Source of the DNA: an uncultured archaeon
GTDB taxonomy: Archaea > Asgardarchaeota > Lokiarchaeia > Sigyniarchaeales > SOKP01
NCBI GenBank assembly: GCA_964388035.1
Contig: CAYLZE010000010.1
Location: 1-64,000 of the forward strand
Direction: 5' to 3'
DNA length: 64,000 bases
The position numbers and the translations under genes were made by a program. Below the pieces are notes generated by a model, which made no database searches, was not told the origin of the DNA, and was given only the letters and a program-made list of their open reading frames with translations. Below are positions 42,157 to 53,341 of this stretch, one piece after another (position 1 is the stretch's first letter; every line of letters begins with the position of its first letter).

Positions 42157-42430
42157 AAAAAAAACCTCTCTTAATGCATTGATTTTGCTCATTTCAATTG
42201 TGGAAGTAATTAAATCAATCAATAAGAACCATTTATTTAAAAAACTTTTTAGAGCAATTCAAAAATAATGTTCTTATAATATATTATGCAAAATAAATTC
42301 GTTTTAACATATTTTTGCATTTCTTACTATGTTATAATTCCATCAAAAATTTAGAAGGGATTAAAAATTATAATCAACTTTTGAATAAATTAAATACATT
42401 AAATAAAAAAATCAAAAAAAAGGATGAAAA

Positions 42431-43697
42431 TTATATTTTTGAAGCTATTAAATCAATGAGATCAATAACTTCGATTTTACTTCTTATTTCTGGTCCCATT
42501 TCCTCATATGCGTCCTTTAAATTACCAATACAAAACGGACAACTCGTAGTTAAAATGTCTGCCCCGGATTCCACGGCTTCCTTGATTCTTTCTTTAGAGA
42601 TTTCTATTGCTAATTCGGGAAATTCGCTTTTCACACCACCACCAGCTCCACAACACCACGCATTTTTTCGATTTCTCCGCATTTCTACCAATTCCACTCC
42701 GGGTAATTTACCAATTACTTCTCGGGGAATCTCATATAAATCCATGTGACGCCCTAAATGACAAGGATCATGATACGTGAGAAGCTTCTTTTCCCCTTGT
42801 TCTTGCTTAAACGTGAGTTCATTGTTGTTTAAGATGTCCATTAAAACCTCAGTAATATGCTTAACCTCAAAGGGTAACTCTTTACCGATAATTTCGGGAT
42901 AATCTTTCTTGATCGTTCGATAACATCCCGCACAAGCCGTAAAAACCGTTTTCGCACCCATTTTTTCAAATAATTCGATATTGTGTCGCACGAGATCATT
43001 AATGGAATCATAATCGCCAATTCTCATTCCAATGGAGCCGCAGCACCATTCCTCTTTCGAGAGAGCAATGTCTTTTCCACTTGCTAACAGAATCTTCATC
43101 ATGCTTTTTAACGTTTCTTGTTGTCTCAATGGCATGGTACATCCCGCGAAAAATACAAGATCGCCTTTCTCCTTGAGGATAGAAAAATCCTTTGCCCATT
43201 CAAATTTTTTATCATAATCTTCTCCGTACGGATTTTTCATGGAATCTTCCTTCATATAATTGATTAAATTAACATGTTTATCAATCGGAGCGAATCCTGC
43301 GGCAACCAAGTCCCTGCGCAAGGCATCCCACACTTTGAAATGATCAATCCATTTTGATGTATTGAGGACAATATTATCATTGTGCGTTTCATGGCAAACC
43401 TCCGTACAATTCGCGCATTCGGTACATTGATAAACAAATTCTGCCAATTCCTTGCTTAAAGGTAATTTGCCCTCCAATACGCTTTTTAGAATGTTCATCC
43501 TTCCCCGGGCAAAATAAATCTCGAATCCCTCTTCATTTTTCGCTTCTTTCACCGGACATGTTAAATATCTTCCTACCGCAGGTCTAATAGAAAAGCCACA
43601 ATCTCCACAGCCCTTTTGCAGTCTAGAATAGATTTCTAAAACTTATACAAGACATTATGGCTTTCCACTCTTTCCTCAAGTTTTTTAATTCGCTCAT
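42431..43697 (-). CDS. GlcF/GlpC-like Fe-S oxidoreductase (ferredoxin + 2 CCG domains) interrupted by a 31-nt BHB intron (411 aa when spliced)
   Basis: CTECANC, WCCG, YHDPCHLGR, CCGAGGG; ATG at 43697 lies 2 nt after the upstream stop; removing 43614-43644 gives MSELKNLRKEWKAIMSCMGCGDCG. Confidence 0.88.
43614..43644 (-). other. Predicted bulge-helix-bulge intron in mRNA (31 nt)
   Basis: GUC-UUGU-AU^A-AGUUUUAGAA(aucua)UUCUAGACU-GCAA-AA^G-GGC. Confidence 0.82.
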
Positions 43698-43699
43698 TT

Positions 43700-45223
43700 T
43701 TATTTATCCCCCCAAAAATTGAATTTACCTCTACTTAATATATGCTTTGGATCTAGGGTTTTCTTCACTTCTGCTAAAAACTTGTAGTATTCTGGAACAT
43801 ATGCATCGATATCGACCATGAGCCGGGAAGCAAATTCCCCCATCATGTACCATTCCACACCCCATTTAGTTACCATTTCTAAAAAGGACTTCCATAATTT
43901 CAAGTCCAGGGTTTCAAATTCTTCATGAATTTCTTCATTGTAATAGCTTCCATAAGTTGTAAATCCGCAAGTTAATTCTACATTGCAACCATCAATTAAT
44001 AATATAGGGCCACTACCAGAAATGGGGCGCTGACCGGTGATATTGGTAAATACTTGCATCTCTGCATTATGTTCCATGTCCCATTGATCAATTGCATCCA
44101 AAATCTTAGGATATTCATTTATGGGTGTAAAGCATTCAGCGGTGCAAGGCTCTAAGGCGGGAAACAAATTCCAGAGGTTATGATAAAACTGCCAGTGCCC
44201 TTGTTCAACGTAATGCCATTTTGCGATATTACCATCATCAATTTCTGGCCCCAACACTTCAGATTTATTTTCCAAAAATATTTTATCCAATTGTTTTATT
44301 TTCTCCTCTAGTTCGGCTTCTGAATTTGCTTCCACGGTATAAAACATAATGCCTCTTTTTTTCTTAAGATTTTCCCACAAAGGAAACATGCCTTGTTGGC
44401 ATCCAATCCTAACAATTATGTCATACATGTACATTAAATCATACACGTCAATTCCTGCATGTCTAACATCCGAGAAGATCTTGGAGGAGACTTCTCTATC
44501 TTTCCTAGGTAAAAAGAAAGTCTTATAATTTGCAAATCCTGGTCGCGGAAATACTTGAAGGGTAATCTGGGTTTTCACTCCTAAGATGCCATTATCTCCA
44601 CAGAAAAGGCCATTTAAATCTGGTCCATTTCCACATCGATTAAAATGATTCTTGGTGTACTTATTTGCTTTTGAACCCGTTTCTATGATTTCTCCCGTGG
44701 GCAAAACTACTTGGAGTCCCACTAATTGATTCGTACACGATCCATATTTAGCGCAACCTCCTCCTCCCACAGAGTGATGAGATACTCCACCACCAACAGA
44801 CGCAGTCATGCCAGAACCTGGACCCATGCAGCCCGTATATAATCCATAGTGGCATAGATATTCGTTTAATTTACCCCAAGAGATGCCCGCTTGTACTGTT
44901 ACTACTAAATTATCTTGATCAAAATTTACAATGTTATCCATTCTTTTCATATCAAGTACTATACCCCCATCTTTTACGGGTTTACTACCACCGAATTCAC
45001 AATCACCGCCGCCTCGTGGCACTACGGGGACGTTCTCTTGATTTGCTATTTTTATTATCTCGGAAATCTCTTCAGCATTTTTCGGTCTAATGACGATATC
45101 AGGAACTCCTTGCAAGACTGGGTCCACATTCCTCGAATATGCGTGGCGAACAATCAGGTTGTCTGAAAGAAATTTATTGGTAACTACCTTTTCTAACTTT
45201 TTGTATACTTCTGACATTTTCAT
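43700..45223 (-). CDS. FAD-binding oxidoreductase (GlcD/VAO family)
   Basis: PDIVIRP, VVPRGGG, GLQVVLPTGE, GILGV, LDPKHIL. Confidence 0.88.
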   Translation of the reverse strand: MKMSEVYKKLEKVVTNKFLSDNLIVRHAYSRNVDPVLQGVPDIVIRPKNAEEISEIIKIANQENVPVVPRGGGDCEFGGSKPVKDGGIVLDMKRMDNIVNFDQDNLVVTVQAGISWGKLNEYLCHYGLYTGCMGPGSGMTASVGGGVSHHSVGGGGCAKYGSCTNQLVGLQVVLPTGEIIETGSKANKYTKNHFNRCGNGPDLNGLFCGDNGILGVKTQITLQVFPRPGFANYKTFFLPRKDREVSSKIFSDVRHAGIDVYDLMYMYDIIVRIGCQQGMFPLWENLKKKRGIMFYTVEANSEAELEEKIKQLDKIFLENKSEVLGPEIDDGNIAKWHYVEQGHWQFYHNLWNLFPALEPCTAECFTPINEYPKILDAIDQWDMEHNAEMQVFTNITGQRPISGSGPILLIDGCNVELTCGFTTYGSYYNEEIHEEFETLDLKLWKSFLEMVTKWGVEWYMMGEFASRLMVDIDAYVPEYYKFLAEVKKTLDPKHILSRGKFNFWGDK

Positions 45224-45461
45224 TAACTCGATTTTATGTATATTAAATATTATGGGATTCTGCTAATAAAAAAATTAACTCTTAAGATAATAGAACTTAA
45301 ACTTTTTTTCATTTATTATTAAATATAGCCCTTTTTTCCCAGAATACACCAATGTTAATCGTTTCTCCTAAAAGATAAAGAAAAAAGTTTAAAAAATTGG
45401 ATTATAGAAGAAACAATCTTATATACTTCTTGAAATAATGTCTGATTATTAAGTAAATGAC

Positions 45462-45932
45462 CTATTTTCTTTTTTTCCTTTTTATTGTCTCTTGAAATTC
45501 GATTAGGATTCCAAGAGGCTTAGTCATATCAAAGTATGCAATTTTTTGTCGCCATGTCTGTCCTTGATGCACGATGGTATAACCTAAATTTGTATATTTC
45601 TCTACGATTGAATCAACATCCTCAACGAATACCCCAAAATGGTGCAAACCTTCTTTACCTTCATCCAAAAATTCCTTAAAAATGCATTCTCCTTCAATTA
45701 ATTGAATTAATTCTATTTGAGTAGAGAACACGCGGCTTATACCTATTTTTGTAGTTATGGTAGTGGGCTTTCCTCTATAATTATAGGGCGTGTCCTTATT
45801 TTCAAAAAAGGCAAATTTTGGAATATTTAATTCTGTTTCAAGAAACTTTGCTTGTTTCTCAATATCTTTATATACATATCCTAACTGATCCACTTTTAAA
45901 TTGCCTAAATCTAGATCCATCTTGTTTCCCAC
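45462..45932 (-). CDS. VOC family protein (methylmalonyl-CoA epimerase-like)
   Basis: QLGYV, IELIQ, EGLHHFG, LIEF. Confidence 0.85.
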   Translation of the reverse strand: MGNKMDLDLGNLKVDQLGYVYKDIEKQAKFLETELNIPKFAFFENKDTPYNYRGKPTTITTKIGISRVFSTQIELIQLIEGECIFKEFLDEGKEGLHHFGVFVEDVDSIVEKYTNLGYTIVHQGQTWRQKIAYFDMTKPLGILIEFQETIKRKKRK

Positions 45933-46023
45933 ACTTTACTTTTAGTTATTTTAGATTGATAATAATTTATATATTTTAAAATCCAATTTCAATTATAGCA
46001 TTTATTCTAAAGAGTATAGAAAC

Positions 46024-47472
46024 TTGATTTATCAACCTAATAAAAAATCTATAAAACAACATGAAGTTCCTAAGTGGTTTCATGATGCCAAGCTGGGGAT
46101 CTTCATTCATTGGGGGCTTTATTCCGTACCAGCCTTTGCAGTAACTGGAATTAGCATCAATGAATTAATCATGAAAGAAGGATTTGAAGGAAATTTTCGA
46201 AATAATCCCTATGCCGAGTGGTATTTAAATAGTCTTAGAATTGAAGGGAGTCCCACGCAGGTATATCACATAAAAACATATGGAGAGGATTTCTCCTATG
46301 ATGATTTCGTTCCTAAATTTAATGAGGCCATAAAAAAGTGGAATGCCGAGGAAATGGCAAGCATTTTCAGGAAAGCTGGTGCGAAGTATGTCGTCTTGGG
46401 GACTAAACATCACGACGGTTTTCTTTTATGGCCAAGCGATATTTCTAATCCTAATAAATTAAATTACCATGCGGGAAGAGATATAGTAGGAGAATTGACC
46501 AAAGAAGTGAAAGCTTTAGGCATGAAAATGGGATTGTACTATTCAGGTGCGTTAGATTGGTCTTTTAATCCTGAACCAATCACTGATATTATTTCTTTCT
46601 TGACGAATGGCCCCATTGATCCTAAGTATGTGGACTACGTGGATCATCATTGGCGTGAATTAATTGATAAATATGAACCTATCATCTTGTGGAATGATAT
46701 AGGATACCCCCCTGGTACGAATTTATACGGGTTATTTGCCTATTTCTATAATAAATTTCCCGAGGGTGTGGTGAATGATAGATGGATGCAGATATCCAAG
46801 GGTTTTCGAAAATTTATTCAATTTAAACCAATAAGTGCCTTGGTCAAATGGATAGTGGATCGTTCTCTTAAAAAAGGAGGAGGGAGCTTGCCGGAAACAC
46901 CTCACTATGATTTTAAAACTCCGGAATACGCGAGTTTTACCACCATTCTTGAAAAAAAATGGGAAAGCACCCGAGGGATGGGAAACTCTTTTGCTTATAA
47001 TCAATTTGAAACGGAAAAGGATTATCTTACTGCAGAAGAATTGATAAAGATGTTCGTGGACATCGTGAGCAAGAATGGGAACCTGCTTTTAAATGTGGGA
47101 CCAAAAGCGGACGGCACGATTCCTGAAATTCAGAAGAATTTATTGTTAAGTCTTGGCAGGTGGCTTGATATTAATGGAGAAGCGATTTTTGAATCAAGAT
47201 CATGGGATAAAGCAGAAGGTATATCTTTGGAGGGAATTCCACTTCGGTTCACCAGCAAACCGTCCGTTTTATATGTATTCTTATGGGATAAACCTAAAGA
47301 ACAAGAAATAACAATAAATATTCAACCATTTGAAAAAATCTCTTCAATCCAATTGCTAGGGATCGAAAAAGAATTAGATTGGAAAAAGGAAGGAGATAAT
47401 ATCAAGATAATTCTACCTGAGGAGATTTTCGATGCTCCCGTTCTAACGTTAAAAATAGTCCAGAAACCCTAA
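46024..47472 (+). CDS. Alpha-L-fucosidase (GH29)
   Basis: IFIHWG, YAEWY, KHHDGF, LWND, VSKNGNLLLNVGP. Confidence 0.93.
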   Translation: MIYQPNKKSIKQHEVPKWFHDAKLGIFIHWGLYSVPAFAVTGISINELIMKEGFEGNFRNNPYAEWYLNSLRIEGSPTQVYHIKTYGEDFSYDDFVPKFNEAIKKWNAEEMASIFRKAGAKYVVLGTKHHDGFLLWPSDISNPNKLNYHAGRDIVGELTKEVKALGMKMGLYYSGALDWSFNPEPITDIISFLTNGPIDPKYVDYVDHHWRELIDKYEPIILWNDIGYPPGTNLYGLFAYFYNKFPEGVVNDRWMQISKGFRKFIQFKPISALVKWIVDRSLKKGGGSLPETPHYDFKTPEYASFTTILEKKWESTRGMGNSFAYNQFETEKDYLTAEELIKMFVDIVSKNGNLLLNVGPKADGTIPEIQKNLLLSLGRWLDINGEAIFESRSWDKAEGISLEGIPLRFTSKPSVLYVFLWDKPKEQEITINIQPFEKISSIQLLGIEKELDWKKEGDNIKIILPEEIFDAPVLTLKIVQKP

Positions 47473-47541
47473 AATATTGCTTGATTTGGTTCCACTGAAG
47501 GAATTTTATTTGGATAATAATTACTTTATAAGAAGAAAAAC

Positions 47542-48912
47542 ATGAGATTCAACCCGAATAAAGAGTCTATTAAGCAACATGTCGTTCCCGAATGGTTTTA
47601 TGATGATAAATTTGGAATTTTCATTCATTGGGGTCTATTTTCAGTGCCAGCTTTTGCGGTTAGAGGACTGAATTTAATAGAATCCGAAAAACGCGGTCTT
47701 GAAGAACATTTCAAAAATAACCCCTATGCAGAATGGTATCTTAACTCTTTAAGAATCGATGGAAGTCCCACTCAAGAATATCATTACGATACCTATGGGA
47801 AGGATTTCTCCTATGATAATTTCGTTCCAATTTTTAATGGCGGTATCAAAAAATGGGATCCCGAAAAATGGGCAGAACTTTTTAAAAAAGCAGGTGCGAA
47901 GTATGTAGTATTAGTAACGAAACATCACGATGGATTTTTATTGTGGCCGAGTAAATATCCAAACCCTAAAAAAGAAAAGTATTGCGCTAGCAGAAATGTT
48001 GTCCATGAATTAACCGAAGCAGTAAGAAAGAGAGGAATGAAAATGGGATTGTACTATTCGGGCACTCTTGATTGGTCATTCAACTCCGAACCAATAGTTG
48101 ATGCTCAAAGTTTCCTGCAAAATGGAGTTAGAACTCCGGAGTATATCGAATATGCAAATAATCATTGGAAAGAATTAATCGATCTCTATCACCCTAAGAT
48201 TTTATGGAACGATATTGGATATCCTCCCACCGATTTATATTCGCTATTTTCTTATTATTATAATGAGGTCTCCGACGGTTTGGTCAATGACCGGTGGGAT
48301 CAAATAAAAACAAAACAAGATAATTTTCCCAAAATGAGGCATTCTGATTTTCTTACTCCAGAATATACCACATTTGAAAAAACCCAGAAAAAAAAATGGG
48401 AGGCTAACCGTGGAATCGGAAATTCATATGGATATAATCGGATGGAAACCGAGGAAGATTATTTAGATGCTGAAGAATTAATAAAGATGCTTGTTGATAT
48501 CGTGAGTAAAAATGGTAATCTACTTCTAAATGTGGGTCCAATGGAAGATGGAACGATCCCGGAGATACAAGAAAGTAGGTTATTATCGCTCGGTCAATGG
48601 CTCGAAGTCAACGGAGAAGCTATTTATGGAACCCGCCCTTGGAAAAAAGCAGAGGATAAAACTGCTGAAGGGATTAATATAAGATATGCCCAAAAACAAG
48701 ATCAAATCTACTTTTTTCTCTTAGAACCACCCCAAACTCCCAACATTACGATAGAATCTCCTCGCTTGGAGAACTGTTCTGCTATTGAATTGCTTGGATA
48801 TGGAAGTGAGTTGGACTGGAATTTAAATAATCAAAAATTGAGAATTATTTTTCCCAAGAACGTTTCTTATTCTCCCGTACACGTATTAAAATTAATTTAT
48901 CGATCAACATGA
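47542..48912 (+). CDS. Alpha-L-fucosidase (GH29), tandem paralog
   Basis: Same GH29 motifs. Confidence 0.93.
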   Translation: MRFNPNKESIKQHVVPEWFYDDKFGIFIHWGLFSVPAFAVRGLNLIESEKRGLEEHFKNNPYAEWYLNSLRIDGSPTQEYHYDTYGKDFSYDNFVPIFNGGIKKWDPEKWAELFKKAGAKYVVLVTKHHDGFLLWPSKYPNPKKEKYCASRNVVHELTEAVRKRGMKMGLYYSGTLDWSFNSEPIVDAQSFLQNGVRTPEYIEYANNHWKELIDLYHPKILWNDIGYPPTDLYSLFSYYYNEVSDGLVNDRWDQIKTKQDNFPKMRHSDFLTPEYTTFEKTQKKKWEANRGIGNSYGYNRMETEEDYLDAEELIKMLVDIVSKNGNLLLNVGPMEDGTIPEIQESRLLSLGQWLEVNGEAIYGTRPWKKAEDKTAEGINIRYAQKQDQIYFFLLEPPQTPNITIESPRLENCSAIELLGYGSELDWNLNNQKLRIIFPKNVSYSPVHVLKLIYRST

Positions 48913-48937
48913 ATCTTCCACTAAGTAGGTCAAAGCA

Positions 48938-49522
48938 GTGAAATTCATGAAAAAGTACATGACTATTTTTATCATTACCTTCTTATTACTTATTCCTCTA
49001 TTTTTCGGAGTATTTACCAATTTCCTGTTTATAATTCCCATGAATGGGATATTTTTCATCATCATGTTCTCCGGATTATTCTTTTTTCTCATCCTGAGTG
49101 AATTATTAATAGAATTGGTTTTAAAAAAGTATTATCTGGATGAATTAAAAAAGCATGATATGATTAATGCTTTCATTACAAAGAACAGGAAAATTCTTTT
49201 TCTAATGTTTCCTATAACCATGCTAATGGAAGAATTGCTTTTTAGATATTACCTTGCAATCTTAATATTCGTTTATTTTGGAGCAATAGCCAGTATCCTC
49301 ATCTCTAGTGCATTTTTTGCTCTTTATCATTTTCATTTTTTAAATCTTTTCAAGAAAACGGGATTAATCTTGGTGTTTGTTGGATACTCCTTTTTATTAG
49401 GAATATATTTGACCTATCTACTTTTGAATTTTGGATTAATGTCATGTATTATATTACATTTTGGGATTGTATATTTTACTTATTATGAAATTTATAGAAA
49501 ACAAATCAAAAAAAAAGAATAA
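48938..49522 (+). CDS. CPBP (Abi/CAAX) family intramembrane protease
   Basis: EELLFR, FALYH, ILH. Confidence 0.8.
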   Translation: MKFMKKYMTIFIITFLLLIPLFFGVFTNFLFIIPMNGIFFIIMFSGLFFFLILSELLIELVLKKYYLDELKKHDMINAFITKNRKILFLMFPITMLMEELLFRYYLAILIFVYFGAIASILISSAFFALYHFHFLNLFKKTGLILVFVGYSFLLGIYLTYLLLNFGLMSCIILHFGIVYFTYYEIYRKQIKKKE

Positions 49523-50401
49523 TCACCTTTTATTTATATTAAAATCGCCAATATCGGTAGTCTGATACACCAATTCGATAATGAACACCGATGCAATTAT
49601 AATTCCTATCATAAAAAGCATCAAAAACAAGATAAAGTTTTCCGATGGAGCAATATACACTGAGAATGAATCAATCAGCCAGTGACAGATTATCGAAGGA
49701 AGGAGACTTCCTGTTCCCACCGCAATATAACCAAATGCAATCCCTATAATTGATGCGTAAATGACTTGAGTTAATGAATAGATTGGATTAGAAATCAAAA
49801 CTGGAACGCTCAATAAGTGAGAGCATCCAAAAATTATTCCTCCTATAATAATTGCTTTATGCTGATGACCTTGCTCTTTTGGATATCGTCTTAACAGTAT
49901 CGCTAATACAATACCTCTGGCATAAACCTCTTCCCACACTCCTGGAATGAGATAATAAATGAAACCAAAACCTCCCATTGTTTCATCTCGAACTGGAGGT
50001 CCAAAGACGTTTTTAGGGATAAGAAGTAAATTTCCAGGTATGCTTGTAAGAAACAAGGCAAAAAAAAGTACGAAAATGGTCGCAGTGAATCCAATAAATA
50101 GCAATTTATCAATAGGACCATGGTTGTAGAGCCGTATGGTTTAAAGAAAATCCGTGTAAGGTGTAATTTCTTGGGGCGTTTTTAGTAAAAGTGGTATAAT
50201 GACTAGACAGGTAAATCCCGCGAAACTAAATTGAATGGAAAACGATATGAATAGTTCAAACAGATAATTTAATCCCAGAGGAACAATTAAGTACCTGCTG
50301 ATTAACTGTGAAATAATAACCATGAATCCAAACACCAGTGTGACAAGAATAGAGGTCCAAATGGCATTTTTGGGATTTTGAAGTTTTTCGTAAAATGACA
50401 T
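49523..50401 (-). pseudogene. CPBP family protease split by an in-frame TAA (50141-50143)
   Basis: Both ORFs are in the same frame: YTDFL*TIRLYNH...; EEVYARG, FGCSH, ICHW motifs. Confidence 0.7.
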
Positions 50402-50683
50402 AATTGTTGAAAAATATAATTCATTATAAAAAATTTTGTAAATCTAACCATATTTCATTCCATGTTATCATCGGTCCCAAAATTTTTTCCTTCTTTTAAA
50501 AAAGTAGAATCCGAATTATTAAATATTTGACTTCAATTTAACTCATGAATCCTATTATATCTTGGAATCAAATATTTCACGTGTCTTGAGATGAGTTAAA
50601 AAAGATCAAAAAAAATAATTAAATTAAAATTATCAAACCAACTTCTCGCGATGGAATGATCTCAATCTTATATTATCTGTATT

Positions 50684-52408
50684 TTATCGGAGCGTCTTTT
50701 TGTCTACTTTTCCCACACCGGTAAGTGGAAGGGCTGGCATTATTTCAATTATCTTAGGAACTTTATATTTAGCCAATTTTTCCATGGCGTAGTTTAAGAT
50801 ATCTTTTTTAGTTTGTTCATTTGCTTCATAACCCTTTTTCAATTGAACATAGAGTTTTACCAATTCCGAGCCAGGACGATCCGGATCTGGAACACCCACG
50901 CTGGCACAAAGCTCAATGGCAGGATGTTCATTCATTTTATCGTCCACTTCCACGCTAAACACCTTGTATCCGGATACGATGATCATGTCTTTAGTTCGAT
51001 CCACGATTTTAATATAGCCATCCTCATCCATTACTCCCACATCTCCCGAATAAAACCATCCTTCTTGAAGGGCATTTTTAGTTTCTTCGGGTTTATTCCA
51101 ATAACCCTGGAAAATCTGCGGTCCTTTTATTGCGATTTCACCTGCTTCCCCCAAGGGAACTTCCTTGGATCTATCAGAAACACTCACGATTTTAACATGA
51201 GTGTTGGGAAACGGTACTCCAACGGTTCCTATTTTCTTTTTTCCAAGAAAAGGATTCATGGTGACTCCAGGAGATGCTTCAGTCATTCCGTAAGCCTCGA
51301 CAACTTTATTTTCTCCCACGATTTTTTCGAATTCTCTTATACTTTCGCTTGGAAAGGGGGCTGCTCCTGAAATATAACCCTGCACTGAAGTTAAATCCAC
51401 TTTCTTAAATTTCCTATTATTTAATAGCATGAGGTATAAAGTGGGAACATTATAAAAAAGAGAAATTCTTCCTTCATATTCCTTGATCTTATTTACCATA
51501 TAATTAGTGTCCCTCGGATCAGGAACGAGAATCTGCCCGCATCCCATGTAAAATGTTTGGAGGCAAAATTGTAGACCGGCTAAATGAAAAAAGGGAAATC
51601 CAGAAATATAAATGCCATTTCCTGGTTTAGTTCCGGGCTCAAACCAATTCTCAATAATTTGCATTAGAGAAACTAAATTTCTATGGGTTAAAATTGCCCC
51701 CTTTGGAGGTCCCGTGGTACCCCCCGTATATTGCAGTAATAAAAGATCATCAGGCTCTAAAAGAACATTCGGAGGATTATCTCCTTTATAATTTTTTAAA
51801 ATCCCGTTATACGTAAAATATTTCAGTCCTTGAATGGGCTCCACCTTGCCCCGGGGTATTTTTCCGATCTTGACGAGTTGCTCTCTCATTGCAGGATCGA
51901 GATCCAATACATCCGACACATTAGTAGTAATTACCAACTTCACGTCTGTTTTTCCCGATTCCAGTGCTTTTTTTACCTTTTCCTCGTAAAAAGAATCTAA
52001 AGTAAGGATTGCAGCAGCACCCGAATCTTTTAATTGATAAATAATTTCCGGAGGGGATAATAAAAAATTAATTCCAGTAGCAGCAGCTCCTGCACAAAAG
52101 GCCCCAAATAAACCGACTATAAATTGAGGAATGTTAGGCAAGTTAATTGCTACTCTATCTCCTTTTTTTATTCCATTTTTTTCCAGGAAATTAGCGAAGG
52201 CATAAATTTGTTGCTTAGCTTCCCTAAATATGGCGCGTGCATTCTGAAAGTCATAACACACGCTATCGGGATACCTTGCCACGATGCGTTTAACCATGTC
52301 TCGTAGTGTATAAGCTTCGAATTCGATATCTGGTTTTACATGATCATCATATGATTTTAACCATATTCGTTGAGAATAAGGACTAGATGTCGTAGTTTTT
52401 TCTTGCAT
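50684..52408 (-). CDS. Long-chain fatty acid-CoA ligase
   Basis: YTGGTTGPPKG, YGMTEAS, SGD, DRTKD. Confidence 0.92.
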   Translation of the reverse strand: MQEKTTTSSPYSQRIWLKSYDDHVKPDIEFEAYTLRDMVKRIVARYPDSVCYDFQNARAIFREAKQQIYAFANFLEKNGIKKGDRVAINLPNIPQFIVGLFGAFCAGAAATGINFLLSPPEIIYQLKDSGAAAILTLDSFYEEKVKKALESGKTDVKLVITTNVSDVLDLDPAMREQLVKIGKIPRGKVEPIQGLKYFTYNGILKNYKGDNPPNVLLEPDDLLLLQYTGGTTGPPKGAILTHRNLVSLMQIIENWFEPGTKPGNGIYISGFPFFHLAGLQFCLQTFYMGCGQILVPDPRDTNYMVNKIKEYEGRISLFYNVPTLYLMLLNNRKFKKVDLTSVQGYISGAAPFPSESIREFEKIVGENKVVEAYGMTEASPGVTMNPFLGKKKIGTVGVPFPNTHVKIVSVSDRSKEVPLGEAGEIAIKGPQIFQGYWNKPEETKNALQEGWFYSGDVGVMDEDGYIKIVDRTKDMIIVSGYKVFSVEVDDKMNEHPAIELCASVGVPDPDRPGSELVKLYVQLKKGYEANEQTKKDILNYAMEKLAKYKVPKIIEIMPALPLTGVGKVDKKTLR

Positions 52409-52600
52409 TTTTTATCAGATTAAATAATTTGTTGTTAATATATTGACGAATTTCTATAATCTTCTCCTATGTTAATTTCATATTTAAAAGTATTTGTTAT
52501 CATCATGTTATCTGAGAGACTTCATATAAGTTTAAATTAAATCACGTGAATTACTTAATTAAAATTAAAACCAAAATTTACATGAAAGAAGGAATAAAAA

Positions 52601-52972
52601 ATGGAAAATCATGAAAAGTTGAGGATTTTAGCGGGAATTTTATTAATTACATCTGCAATAACTCACAATTTACAGTTACTTTTCTACGGAACAGAAACCA
52701 ATTCTATATTAGCAGCAATTTATGGAATTGCTTATGGAATACTTGGTATACTCCTAATCGTGTTTAGAAAAAATAAGCTCCTTGCCGTGTTGGGAGGAAT
52801 CGTCCCTGTTGTTGGAGGGGTTTTAGGTTTAAGTCGATTAATCATATTTTTTCTTTTACCAACTGGAGAAATAAATGTTTTTATCATTTATCATCTGATT
52901 GTGGATATTATCGTGGTTCCCATTTGTTGGTATGATTTTTATCGATTACATCGATTACAAAAGAATCAGTAG
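52601..52972 (+). CDS. Small membrane protein (4 TM)
   Basis: Four hydrophobic segments. Confidence 0.7.
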   Translation: MENHEKLRILAGILLITSAITHNLQLLFYGTETNSILAAIYGIAYGILGILLIVFRKNKLLAVLGGIVPVVGGVLGLSRLIIFFLLPTGEINVFIIYHLIVDIIVVPICWYDFYRLHRLQKNQ

Positions 52973-53044
52973 TTAATTTTCTTTATCTTTTAATTAAATT
53001 CTTTAATTTTTTTATATTTCCTACATATAACTAATGATAGAAAT

Positions 53045-53341
53045 TTGAAAGGTCTTGAAGGTTATCAAGTTGCTTGGGCGAATATTCTGGGTGATTGGAG
53101 AGAAGAAATTGTTGTCTTTCTTCCAAGAGAGCTTCTTATTTATACAACAACTATTCTTGCCTTAGATAGAAGACCGTGTCTAATGCAAGAGCCCATTTAT
53201 CGAATTGATGTAGCCCATCTCTCAATGGGGTATGGTCAAGTCCCAATGACAAACTATTGCCTTGATTTTGGAATTTCAAAAAAAATAAAACCCTTGCTAA
53301 CTTACTTCTTATTATGTCTCGTAAAGAAAAGATCGTGTTAA
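53045..53341 (+). pseudogene. C-terminal remnant of a PL11 rhamnogalacturonan lyase-like gene
   Basis: ILGDWREEIV...IYTT...LMQEPIYR...GYGQ matches the YesW/YesX C-terminus; the rest of the gene is absent. Confidence 0.6.

Noticed and set aside
46790-46890. Extra segment in the first GH29 as a hidden intron
   Set aside because: In frame, encodes a plausible amphipathic helix, no BHB geometry found
50105-50143. Possible third mRNA intron in the split CPBP gene
   Set aside because: The halves are in frame with a single TAA, with no inserted sequence or BHB; a nonsense mutation or sequencing error is simpler
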